Shown here piece after piece: positions 1 to 8,800 of a DNA stretch of 32,000 nt. The position numbers and the translations under genes were made by a program. The stretch comes from Dickeya solani IPO 2222. Lineage in GTDB: Bacteria; Pseudomonadota; Gammaproteobacteria; Enterobacterales; Enterobacteriaceae. The stretch's first letter is position 1, and each line of letters begins with the position of its first letter. The notes below the pieces were generated by a model that worked only from the letters and a program-made list of their open reading frames with translations, had not been told where the DNA came from and did no database searches. Location of the stretch: NCBI RefSeq assembly GCF_001644705.1, contig NZ_CP015137.1:3720001-3752000 (forward strand), written 5' to 3'.

Positions 1-240
1 CGGGCGCGGCGGCGATGATCAAGGTGGCGATGGCGTTATCCCACAAGGTGCTGCCGCCGACCATCAACGTCGAGCAGCCGTGTGACGCGGTGGCCGATAA
101 GCAAGCGGCTTTCTATGCCAATACCGATGCGCGCCCCTGGATGCGTCCGGCGAATAATGCGCCGCGTCGCGCCGCATTGAGCGCGTTTGGCTTTGGCGGC
201 ACCAACTTCCATGCGGTGCTGGAAGAGTATGAGCGCGAGC
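1..240 (+). other. Ketosynthase domain C-terminal end (approximate)
   Basis: 'GAAAMIKVAMALSHKVLPPT' and 'SAFGFGGTNFHAVLEEY' are the conserved C-terminal KS blocks. The N-terminal catalytic part lies upstream of the window. Confidence 0.85.
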
Positions 241-3200
241 CGCAGGGGCGCTACCGTCTCAATGATCTGCCCGCCACGCTGCTGTTCCAGGCCGAGACGC
301 CCGATGCGTTGCTGACCGTCTGTCAGGCGGCGGCGACGCGGGCTACCGAGTCGTCGCCGGACATCATGCTGCGCGAGCATCTCAGACAGCAGGATCCGCA
401 AGCGTTGCCGACAGAACACGCCAGACTGTTGTTTGTGGTGGAGGATGCCGGGCAGGTGGCGTCGTTCCTCGATATGGCTGTCAAACAGCTCTCCCGCCAG
501 CGCGAACAAGGGTGGGAACATCCGGCTGGTATTTACTATCAGCCGTGCGCGAAGGCGACGGCGGGCACGGTCGTCGCGATGTTTCCGGGGCAGGGCTCCC
601 AGTATGTCAACATGGGGCGCGGCGTGGCGGTCGATTTTCCTGAACTGCGCCAGACGCTGGAAACGCTCGATACCCTGGCGCAGGACGACAACCTGCCCGC
701 GCTCTCTCCGGTCGTTTACCCGATTCCGGCGTTTAATGATATTGAACGGCAGAAACAGCAGCAGCGCCTGACGGAGACCGCCAACGCCCAGCCGGCTATC
801 GGCGCCATTAGCGCCGGTTACTACAATTTGCTGAAGAACATCGGCTTTAAAGCGGACTTCTTCTGCGGTCATAGCTACGGCGAGGTGACCGCGCTGTGGG
901 CCGCCGGCGCGTTGTCGGACGATGATTTTTATCGGGTGTCGCTGGCTCGTGGGCAAGCGGCGGCGTTAGCCAGTAAGCCGGGTGATAATCAGGATGCCGG
1001 GGCGATGCTGGCCGCGTCGCTCAGCACCGCCGAACGTGAAGCCATTTTGGCCGCGTACCCGGACATCGTCATCGCCAACGACAATTCGTCTTCTCAGGTG
1101 GTATTTGGCGGCGCCAGCGAGCAGATCCACCAATTGCACCAGCAGTTGGACGCGAAAAAAGTCCATTGCCGTCTGTTGCAGGTATCGGCCGCGTTTCATA
1201 CCCGCTACATCGCCGCGGCGGCAGCGCCGTTCCGCCAGAAGCTGGCGGCGGTGAATGTTCAGGCTCCGCACGGCGCGCTGTATTCCACCGCGCTGGCGCA
1301 GGCTTATCCCGACACGCCGGCGGCCATCACCGAGGTGCTGGCTAACCAACTGATTCAACCGGTGCTGTTCCGCCAGACCATCGAAGCCCTCTACCAGCAA
1401 GGCGGGCGGCTGTTTATCGAGATCGGCCCGAAAGGCGTTCTTGGCAAACTGGTGGCGGATATTCTCAAAGATCGGCCGCACAGCGTGGTGTCGCTCAACA
1501 CCAGCGACAAAGGTGAAGAGCGCGTGCAGCTGTCCCGGGCGATTGCGCGTCTGGTGGCCGAAGGGCTGCCGCTGACCGCCTTCGATCGCTACGCCCGTCC
1601 GGCGCCGCTGCCGTCGCGTAAGCGCAGCAGCGTCAGTGTGCGGTTGAACGGCGGCTTTTTCCTGTCGGCGAAAAACCGCGCCCGTCGCCTCAACGCGCTG
1701 CGCGACGGCGATACCCGCGTGGTGGATCAGTTCATCGCCGAGCGCGCCGTCGTTGCTACCCCGCCGCAAGCGGATACCCGTCCCAACGCCACTGTCAGCC
1801 CCAGATCCGACGTTTTAAAGACTGACGTTTTAAAGACTGACGTTTTAAAAACCGAAGTGTTAAAAACAACGGCCCCCAACGCCGCGGTTCGGCAGACAGA
1901 GACGTTGAAGACCGGTATCGGCCCGTCGGCCGCCTCCGAACCCGCCTTCCCGGCGCCTGCTTCAAGGACGCAGGACATAGGAAAACCATCTTTACCTACC
2001 TCAGAGAGAGATACTGTAATGGAAAACAAGGCTCCCTTGACGCACAGTCACGATAACGGCACGTTGCACGGCTTGCTAACCGCTCAGCAGGTGATGAGTC
2101 AACTGCATCAGCAATTCCAGTCCAACCAGAAGGAGTACATCTCGTTGCTGGAGTCGTTGCTGAACAAGCAGTTCACATTGCTGGACAAATACCCCGATCA
2201 CCAGAACCTGCCGCATATGCTGACCAGTCTGGGCCAGAGCGTTCAACTGCTGAACAAAAACCTGGAGTTGTACCACGCCAACCACGAGCGTTATTTCGCC
2301 ACGCAGCAGGATCTGTTTGACGTCAACGATAACCACAATGCGATTTCGCAACCTCGTCGTGCGGTCATTGCCGCGCCAGTATCAGGGAACACCGTCCTGT
2401 CCGTCACCGCGGTTCCGGTCACAGCGCCCGCGGTTGCCGCACCGGTGACGCCGGTGGTGGCGGCTGTTGCGCCGATTGTACCGGTTGCGGCCAGCGCGCC
2501 GTCGCTGCCTGCCATCCCCGACCCGGTGATAGCGGCCAGCCCGGCACCGGTCGCCGTGTCGGTCGCTGCGCCGGTAGTGGCGCCGGTTGCGGTTCAGGAA
2601 ACCGCGGCGGCTGCTGCCGCTGCGCCAGCCGCCGCCACTGCGCCAGCCGCTAAAGTGCTGACGGCGGAAGAGGAAGAACAAGTCGCTCGTTTTGAAGCGA
2701 TCCAGGTGGAAGAAATCACCGCCAAACTGATCGCCATCGTCAGCGACCGCACCGGTTATCCGCAGGACATGATTGACGGTGAGATGGATCTGGAAGCCGA
2801 TCTGGGCATCGACTCCATCAAGCGTCTGGAAATCTTCGGCGCCATGTTCGATGCCTTCTCCGCTGATGCGGGTGTCTACCACGACGCGTCCAAGAACAAA
2901 GACCTGGAAACGCTGGATATCGAAGCCCTCAGCAACATCAACAAAATGTCCGATTTCTTCATGGGCATGATCGCGGAAATTATCGCCGATATTCGCGGCG
3001 GTGGAACGCAAGAGAGCGAAACGGAGTCGGCGCGCGAGTTCTTCGTGGAAGAGAACCTGCGTGAATCGGAAGCCAAAGGCGGCCGTGACACTGGTTCTGA
3101 AGCGACGTTGCGGTCGCTGGGCTTTGTCACCACGACCACGGTGGACAACACAGTAAAAAAGCCGCTAGCTGAATCACGCGCTACTGGTGTGATTCAGCCG

Positions 3201-5741
3201 ACCACAGCTCAATTCGCCGCGTCTACCGTTGACGCCGCGATCGTCGAAACGCCGGTTGCCGACACGCATGGCGTCGGGCGTTATGACGTCGTTCAACAGC
3301 CGTTACCGTTGCCGGATCGCCTGCCGCAGGCGTTTGCGGCGGCACGGACCTGGCTGGTGATCGACGAAGAGGGACAAACGCCGACGGCGTTATTGCAACA
3401 ACTGGCGCAGCACGGTCAGCGCACGGTGTGGATGACCGTGCTGCCGGCCGCGCCGAAAGGGAAAAAACGCCGGAAAAGCAGCGCCGCGCTGACGTTGGTC
3501 CAGCCGGACGCCGCCGCGCTTGACGACGCCATCGCTACGCTGGAAGCGCAGCATGGCGCCATCGGCGGTGTGATTTACCTGCAGGCGGCGCGCCCGGCGG
3601 TGAAACAACTGCGGGAGGTGTTCAGGCCGCAAGACTACAGCGCCGTCGAGACGCTGTTCCTGCTGGCCCGTCGCCTGCAGCCGTCGCTGACTCAGGCCGA
3701 CAACGGTTATTTTCTGGTGGTGGCGCGCGGGGACGGTGAACTGGGCACCGCACAGCGCCAGATGCTGCCGGTGGTGACCGGCGGCGTTACCGGCCTGACC
3801 AAGGCGCTGAATATCGAATGGAAATCGGTATTTTGCCGCACGGTGGATATCGCCGCGTCGCTGGGCGACGAAGCGGTGGCGCGTATCGTTTGCGAAGAGT
3901 TGCAGGATAGCAACCAGACGATCGGCGAAGTCGGTCGTCCCGCGGGCGGCGAACGCATGACGCTGGCGTTGCGCCCGGCCGCCGCTGCGCTGACGGCGGG
4001 CGAAAGCACGGTGACGGCACAGGATGTGTTCGTCGTCACCGGCGGCGCCAGAGGCATTACCGCCGGCTGCGTGCAGGCGCTGGCGCAGGGTACGCCCGCC
4101 ACGTTTATTCTGCTGGGCCGGACCGATATTGACGCGCCGCTGCCGGAATGGGCGGTGGGCGCGCAGACGCCGGAGGCCAGGAAGGCCGCGGCCATCGCCA
4201 GCTTGCAACAGCAACAGGTGCAGCCGACGCCGGTGAAAATCAGCGCCATGCTCAGCGGGCTGGAGCACAACGCCGAGGTGCGCCAGACACTGCAGGCGAT
4301 TGAACAGCGCGGGGCGAAAGCCGTTTACCGCCAGTGCGATATCACCAATCGGGAACAGCTGGCTGCCATCCTCGCCGACGTCGCGGCGCAGTACGGCGCC
4401 GTGACCGGCATCATTCACGGTGCGGGCAATCTGGCTGACAAACGCATCGAGAAGAAGACGCTGGACGACTTGCGCTCGGTGTTCGACGTCAAGGTGCGTG
4501 GGCTGGAAAACCTGTTGCAGGCGCTGGAGCCCAGCCAACTGCGCCAGGTGATACTGTTCTCGTCGGTGTCGGGTTTCTTCGGCAACGCCGGGCAGACCGA
4601 TTATGCGCTGGCAAACGAGATCCTCAACAAGTTCAGCTGGCTGCCGCTTGCCGGGAAACAGCGTCCGGTGTTGCGCGCCATTAACTGGGGACCGTGGGAC
4701 GGGGGAATGGTCAACGACACCCTGAAGCGGGCTTACGATGCGCAAAACATGACCATCATTCCGGCGGCGGAAGGGTATCGCCGCTTTCTGGATGAGTTCC
4801 GCGATGGCGTGACCCGGCAGGTCACGATTGGCGGCGCCAGTTACCGGGCGGTGCAGGCGGTCAAAGCGCTGGGTCAGGGGGAAACGGTACACCGGTATCT
4901 GCTGGCGCAGCATAACCCGTTCCTGTTGCACCACGTCATCAACGATAAACCGGTGTTGCCCGCCACGGCGGCGATTGCCTGGATGGCGCACACCGCCGTG
5001 GAACGTTTCCCCGGCTATCGGGTGACCGCCGTGGACGCCTTTTCGGTACTGAAAGGCATCGTGTTCGACGGCAGTCAGCGTGAAGACTGGCAGGTGCAGT
5101 GGCAGCCCGCCGCCGGGTATCAGCCGGGCGATGAGACGCTGGCGCTGGAGATGGTGATTCTCAACGATCGCGGCGAGAAGCACTATCAGGCGAAATTGAC
5201 GCTCGGCGTCAAGGCGCCCGCCGCGCAACAGTTGCAGGTAGCGGCGGACCTGACCTCGCGAACCGGGCTGGACCAGCCGGTGTACGGCGACATGCGTCAG
5301 GGCAGCCTACTGTTTCACGGCGACGCGTTCCGCGGCATCCGCGAGCTGGTGCGTATTGACGATGAAAGCCTGACGCTGCTCTGCCAACTGCCGGAGGCGA
5401 CGACCGCCGGGCAATTCGCCACCACGGCGTTCGACTTCTTCGTCCATGACGTCGGGCTGCAACTGCCGTTGATGTGGCTGATGCTGCGTTCCGACAAGGC
5501 GGGCCTGCCGTCGGGCATTGGCCGCATTGAGCATCTTGCGCCGATACCGGCCGGTGTGCCGTTCTTTGCCTCGATGCATATCGTTAAACAAACGCTGTCG
5601 TCGTTTATTACCGATATCGTCCTGCATGACCAACAGGGTCATATTTACAGCCGGTTAAGTCAGGTGGAATTTACCGCGTCATCAGCATTAAGGAAATTAT
5701 TCTGCTATTCGCAGGCCGAGAGCGTCATCGCAAATAAATGA
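1..5741 (+). CDS. zmsA: PfaA-like multidomain PUFA-synthase-type PKS/FAS subunit, 5'-truncated by the window edge (KS C-terminus, AT, long linker, single ACP, KR, DH)
   Basis: The frame is open from the window edge (codons in phase with nt 3: GAAAMIKV...) to TGA 5739-5741. Motifs read from the translation: KS C-terminal 'FGFGGTNFHAVLEEY'; AT 'GQGSQ' (588-602) and 'GHSYGE' (867-884); carrier 'LGIDSIKRLE' (Ser codon 2814-2816). KR Rossmann 'VVTGGARGITAG' (~4030-4065) with 'SSVSG...YALAN' (Tyr 4602-4604); PKS-type DH 'LLHHVINDKPVLPA' (~4925-4965). The 1908 visible aa plus a missing ~440-aa KS N-terminus gives ~2350 aa, the size I recall for Dickeya ZmsA. The symbol rests on recollection and architecture, not on a search. 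Confidence 0.9.
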   Translation, partial: GAAAMIKVAMALSHKVLPPTINVEQPCDAVADKQAAFYANTDARPWMRPANNAPRRAALSAFGFGGTNFHAVLEEYEREPQGRYRLNDLPATLLFQAETPDALLTVCQAAATRATESSPDIMLREHLRQQDPQALPTEHARLLFVVEDAGQVASFLDMAVKQLSRQREQGWEHPAGIYYQPCAKATAGTVVAMFPGQGSQYVNMGRGVAVDFPELRQTLETLDTLAQDDNLPALSPVVYPIPAFNDIERQKQQQRLTETANAQPAIGAISAGYYNLLKNIGFKADFFCGHSYGEVTALWAAGALSDDDFYRVSLARGQAAALASKPGDNQDAGAMLAASLSTAEREAILAAYPDIVIANDNSSSQVVFGGASEQIHQLHQQLDAKKVHCRLLQVSAAFHTRYIAAAAAPFRQKLAAVNVQAPHGALYSTALAQAYPDTPAAITEVLANQLIQPVLFRQTIEALYQQGGRLFIEIGPKGVLGKLVADILKDRPHSVVSLNTSDKGEERVQLSRAIARLVAEGLPLTAFDRYARPAPLPSRKRSSVSVRLNGGFFLSAKNRARRLNALRDGDTRVVDQFIAERAVVATPPQADTRPNATVSPRSDVLKTDVLKTDVLKTEVLKTTAPNAAVRQTETLKTGIGPSAASEPAFPAPASRTQDIGKPSLPTSERDTVMENKAPLTHSHDNGTLHGLLTAQQVMSQLHQQFQSNQKEYISLLESLLNKQFTLLDKYPDHQNLPHMLTSLGQSVQLLNKNLELYHANHERYFATQQDLFDVNDNHNAISQPRRAVIAAPVSGNTVLSVTAVPVTAPAVAAPVTPVVAAVAPIVPVAASAPSLPAIPDPVIAASPAPVAVSVAAPVVAPVAVQETAAAAAAAPAAATAPAAKVLTAEEEEQVARFEAIQVEEITAKLIAIVSDRTGYPQDMIDGEMDLEADLGIDSIKRLEIFGAMFDAFSADAGVYHDASKNKDLETLDIEALSNINKMSDFFMGMIAEIIADIRGGGTQESETESAREFFVEENLRESEAKGGRDTGSEATLRSLGFVTTTTVDNTVKKPLAESRATGVIQPTTAQFAASTVDAAIVETPVADTHGVGRYDVVQQPLPLPDRLPQAFAAARTWLVIDEEGQTPTALLQQLAQHGQRTVWMTVLPAAPKGKKRRKSSAALTLVQPDAAALDDAIATLEAQHGAIGGVIYLQAARPAVKQLREVFRPQDYSAVETLFLLARRLQPSLTQADNGYFLVVARGDGELGTAQRQMLPVVTGGVTGLTKALNIEWKSVFCRTVDIAASLGDEAVARIVCEELQDSNQTIGEVGRPAGGERMTLALRPAAAALTAGESTVTAQDVFVVTGGARGITAGCVQALAQGTPATFILLGRTDIDAPLPEWAVGAQTPEARKAAAIASLQQQQVQPTPVKISAMLSGLEHNAEVRQTLQAIEQRGAKAVYRQCDITNREQLAAILADVAAQYGAVTGIIHGAGNLADKRIEKKTLDDLRSVFDVKVRGLENLLQALEPSQLRQVILFSSVSGFFGNAGQTDYALANEILNKFSWLPLAGKQRPVLRAINWGPWDGGMVNDTLKRAYDAQNMTIIPAAEGYRRFLDEFRDGVTRQVTIGGASYRAVQAVKALGQGETVHRYLLAQHNPFLLHHVINDKPVLPATAAIAWMAHTAVERFPGYRVTAVDAFSVLKGIVFDGSQREDWQVQWQPAAGYQPGDETLALEMVILNDRGEKHYQAKLTLGVKAPAAQQLQVAADLTSRTGLDQPVYGDMRQGSLLFHGDAFRGIRELVRIDDESLTLLCQLPEATTAGQFATTAFDFFVHDVGLQLPLMWLMLRSDKAGLPSGIGRIEHLAPIPAGVPFFASMHIVKQTLSSFITDIVLHDQQGHIYSRLSQVEFTASSALRKLFCYSQAESVIANK
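564..1500 (+). other. Acyl(malonyl)transferase domain (approximate bounds)
   Basis: 'AMFPGQGSQYVNMG', the active-site 'GHSYGE', 'VSAAFHT' and 'FIEIGPKGVL' are present. Confidence 0.85.
1809..1868 (+). repeat. In-frame 15-bp tandem repeat x4 encoding DVLKT-DVLKT-DVLKT-EVLKT
   Basis: The four units are gacgttttaaagact (1809-1823), an identical copy (1824-1838), gacgttttaaaaacc (1839-1853) and gaagtgttaaaaaca (1854-1868). A degenerate fifth unit, gagacgttgaagacc (ETLKT), lies at 1899-1913. The repeat is AT-rich inside a GC-rich gene. Confidence 0.95.
2350..2650 (+). other. Ala/Pro/Val-rich low-complexity linker preceding the ACP
   Basis: The translation 'AAPVSGNTVLSVTAVPVTAPAVAAPVTPVVAAVAPIVPVAASAPSLPAIPDPVIAASPAPVAVSVAAPVVAPVAVQETAAAAAAAPAAATAPAA' resembles the linkers that flank ACPs in PUFA synthases. 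Confidence 0.8.
2690..2940 (+). other. Acyl carrier protein domain (the only one visible in this subunit)
   Basis: 'DLEADLGIDSIKRLEIFGAM' has the phosphopantetheine Ser codon at 2814-2816. No second 'GxDS' carrier motif occurs elsewhere in the visible 1908 aa. Confidence 0.85.
3290..4850 (+). other. Ketoreductase domain, structural plus catalytic subdomains (approximate)
   Basis: 'VFVVTGGARGITAGCV' is the Rossmann motif. 'HGAGNLADK' and 'FSSVSGFFGNAGQTDYALANE' supply the catalytic Ser, Tyr and Asn. Confidence 0.8.
4870..5700 (+). other. PKS-type dehydratase (hot-dog) domain (approximate)
   Basis: 'HNPFLLHHVINDKPVLPATAAIAWM' aligns to the HxxxGxxxxP motif, with His retained and Gly replaced by Asp. 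Downstream 'DFFVHDVGLQL' follows. Confidence 0.7.
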
Positions 5742-5768
5742 CCGTTTAATTAAAACGAGCCAACCGGT

Positions 5769-5877
5769 TCCTGAATATAGACCCAACAGATGTCGAGTTG
5801 CAGTCAATGCAGCTGCAACTTGAAAGATGACGGGGAGACACGAGCATATTCAGGACACCACCGGCTGATATTCAGGA
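5769..5877 (+). promoter_or_regulatory. Candidate mRNA structural element in the gene 1-gene 2 spacer: one anti-SD arm, two alternative partner arms (one overlapping the SD), and an enclosed 8-bp hairpin
   Basis: TCCTGAATAT (5769-5778) is the exact reverse complement of ATATTCAGGA, which occurs twice: at 5846-5855 and at 5868-5877. The second copy overlaps the AGGAG SD (5874-5878) of the ATG at 5889. Between them, AGTTGCAG (5796-5803) pairs with CTGCAACT (5813-5820) around a 9-nt loop. The function is inferred only. Confidence 0.4.
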
Positions 5878-5888
5878 GTGATGTTTTC

Positions 5889-8800
5889 ATGGAACCGATA
5901 GCCATCGTTGGGCTGGGATGCCTGTTTCCTGGCGCGGATAACCCTATGGCCTACTGGGAAAACCTGTGCCAGCAGAAGGATAGCGCCTCGCCTGTGTCCG
6001 AACAGGAGTTGGGAACGTCGCCGGATAATTATTATCATCCGGTGCCAGGCACTGCCGATAAGATTAATTACAATCGCAACGGGTATGTCAGGGATTTTAT
6101 ATTTGATTCTCAGGGGTATTATTTATCGCCCGACGAATTGAATTCGCTGGATGCATTATTTAAATGGACCCTGTATGCCGCCGAGCAGGCGCTCAGTCAT
6201 AGCGGATATCGCCATAATCAAGCACTTCTGAAAAAGACCGGGTTAATTATCGGTAATATCGGCATGCCGACACATGCGGTAAAACGGTTGATGACGCCTT
6301 TTTATCATCAACTGTTGCAACCCTATATTCAGACGCTGATTCACCGCCCGGATTTCCGGTTTGATGCTATCTGGCCACCGGCCGCCTATGCCGACGCCAA
6401 CCTGATCACCGGCGGTCATAATGCCACGGTGGCGGCGTTGGCGCTGGGGTTGGCCGGGCCGAGCTTCGCCCTTGACGCCGCCTGTTCGTCGGCGCTGTAC
6501 GCCATCAAACTGGCGTCGGACTATCTGGAAAGCGGCAAGGCCGACCTGATGCTGGCGGGAGCGGTGTGCCACGCCGATCACATATACATCAATCACGGTT
6601 TCAACGTGTTGCAGGCGTTCCCCAAACAGGGGATCTCGATTCCGTTCGACCGCGCCTCGGAAGGGCTGAAGGCCGGCGAGGGTGCCGGCATCGTCGCCCT
6701 GAAGCGTTACCGTGATGCGGTGCGCGACAACGACACCGTTTACGCGGTGATCGAGTCGGTCGGGCTGTCCAATGACGCCGGCGCCAAGCACATGCTGGTG
6801 CCGGATATTCAGGGGCAGCGCACCGCGCTGGCGCGCGCCTATCCGGACGGCGATACCCGTATTGACTACCTGGAATGCCATGCCACCGGCACCCCGGTCG
6901 GCGATCAGGTGGAACTGGCGTCGGTGGAAGGGTTCTTCGCCGCCCACGGCGCGGTTCCGCTGATCGGCGCCAACAAAGCCAACAATGGCCACATGCTGAC
7001 CGCTTCCGGCATGGGCAGCCTGCTGAAGGTGGTGCTGTCGCTTAACCACGGTCAGATCCCGGCGACGCCTGGCGTAACCGAGCTGGTCAACACCCCGGAA
7101 GGCAAACTGACGCTGGACCATGTGGTGCGCAGCACCTGTCCGTGGCCCGTCACCGGCAGGCCGAAGCGTGCCGGCATCAATGCCTTTGGTTTCGGCGGGG
7201 TCAATGCCCATCTGGTGGTGAGTGAAGACCATGCCGGGTTGCGCGCCCGCCATACCGCGTCATCCCCGGCGGCGCAGGTGCATCAGCCACTGGCGTTGGT
7301 CGGCATCGGCGTACATCTGGCGCATACCCAGCAGAGCAGTCAACTGGCGCAGGCGCTGAAGCAGGGCGAGCAGTTCTTTACCGACCTGCCGCGCACCCGC
7401 TGGATCGGCATGGAGCAACGGCCGGACGTGCTGGCGCAGCGTGGGGTGTCGCAGCCGCCGCAGGGCGCGTATATCGAACGTTTCGACTTTGACTGCAAGC
7501 ACTTCAAACTGCCGCCGAATGTGGTGGGGCCGCATCTGCTGTCGCACCTGTTTCTGTTGCCGGTGGCCGAGCGCGCGTTTCTGGACGCCGGTTATACGCT
7601 GGACGGCAGCCGCCGCAATATCGCGGTGATCGTCGCCGGCGGCGTGGACTATGGCTGTCTGCGCTATCAGGCGCGCAATGAAATCGGCTGGCAACTGGCG
7701 CAGAGTCTGCAACGTTGCGGCATCGCGCTGTCCACCGACGATCAGACCGCGCTGGAAGGCATCGTGCGCGACGGGCTGTTTCCGGCGCCGTACCCGGAAG
7801 GGATTACCGGCGGCATCGGTAATATCGTGGCATCGCGGCTGGCCGCCCACCTGCGGCTCAACGGACCGACCTTCTCGCTATACAGCGAGGAGAGCGCGCC
7901 GTTCAAAGCCATCGAACTGGCGCAGTTTATGTTGGACCGCCAGCAGGTGGACGCGGTGCTGATCGCCAGCTGTAGCTTTGCCGGCGGCGTGGAAAATGTC
8001 CTGTGGGACCATCAGTCGTTGCAGGCCAATCAGAACGTGGGCGACGGCGGCGGCGTGATTGTCCTCAAACGCGAGCAGGATGCGCTGCGTGACGACACCG
8101 CGATTTACGCGCTGGTGGAGGGGCTGGCGATCGCCCATGCGCCGAACCGTTCGTTGTCGTTCGTGCCGGAGACACAAGCGCTGGCGGAAAACATGGCCGC
8201 CGCGCTGGCGGCGGCCGGGTGCGATGCGCATCAGGTGGCGTATGTTGAGGCGTACGCCGGCGCTCGCCCCGGCGAGCTGGAGGCGGAGTGCGCGGCGTTG
8301 CGTCAGGCTTACCGCACCGACGCGCGGGCAACCCCGCTGACGCTGGGTACGCTGAAAGCGCATTACGGCCATTTGTCCGCCGCCGGCGGGTTGCTGGGGA
8401 TCATCAAAACCGCGTTGCAGCTGTCGCAGGCATACCTGCCGGGGGTGCCGGATTTCACCCTGGCACAACCGCTGCGCGCCGCCGCCGGGCAAGGATTGCA
8501 GGTGCCGTTGCAGGGAGCGGAGTGGGCCGCGTCGACGCAGGGACCGCGTCGGGCGGCCGTCAGCCATATCGGCGTCGATCGCGCTTACAGCCATCTGATT
8601 CTGCGGGAGCCGACGCAGGGGCGGCGGGCCAGCGCCGGCGATATTGCGTCACCGGCCAACGTGTCGCTGAATGTGAGCGTCTTTACCGGCCGCGATAAAA
8701 CGGTGGAAGAGATCGTCCTGAGCGACGCGGCGATCGCCCGCTTCGCCGCGCTGGCGGACAGCGCACCGGTCACCCGGTTGCCGCCCGCCGCGCTGACTAT

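Noticed and set aside
3440-3490. A basic patch 'PKGKKRRKSS' in the KR N-terminal subdomain, considered as a possible targeting or nucleic-acid-binding motif.
   Set aside because: It is a short surface-loop-like insert with no supporting context. A single Lys/Arg cluster is insufficient evidence for any function.
5742-5790. An AT-rich stretch (ttaattaaaacgag...cctgaatataga) considered as a sigma-70 promoter for gene 2.
   Set aside because: No -35/-10 pair with acceptable spacing could be assembled. TATAGA at 5776-5781 has no TTGACA-like partner 16-18 nt upstream.
5790-5888. A 33-codon N-terminal extension of the PfaC-like gene ('MSSCSQCSCNLKDDGETRAYSGHHRLIFRSDVF'), as given by the ORF track.
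   Set aside because: No SD precedes ATG 5790. AGGAG sits 10 nt before ATG 5889, and 'MEPIAIVGLGCLFPGA' is a typical KS N-terminus. The extension also overlaps the hairpin and repeat motifs, which look non-coding. It cannot be fully excluded without proteomics.
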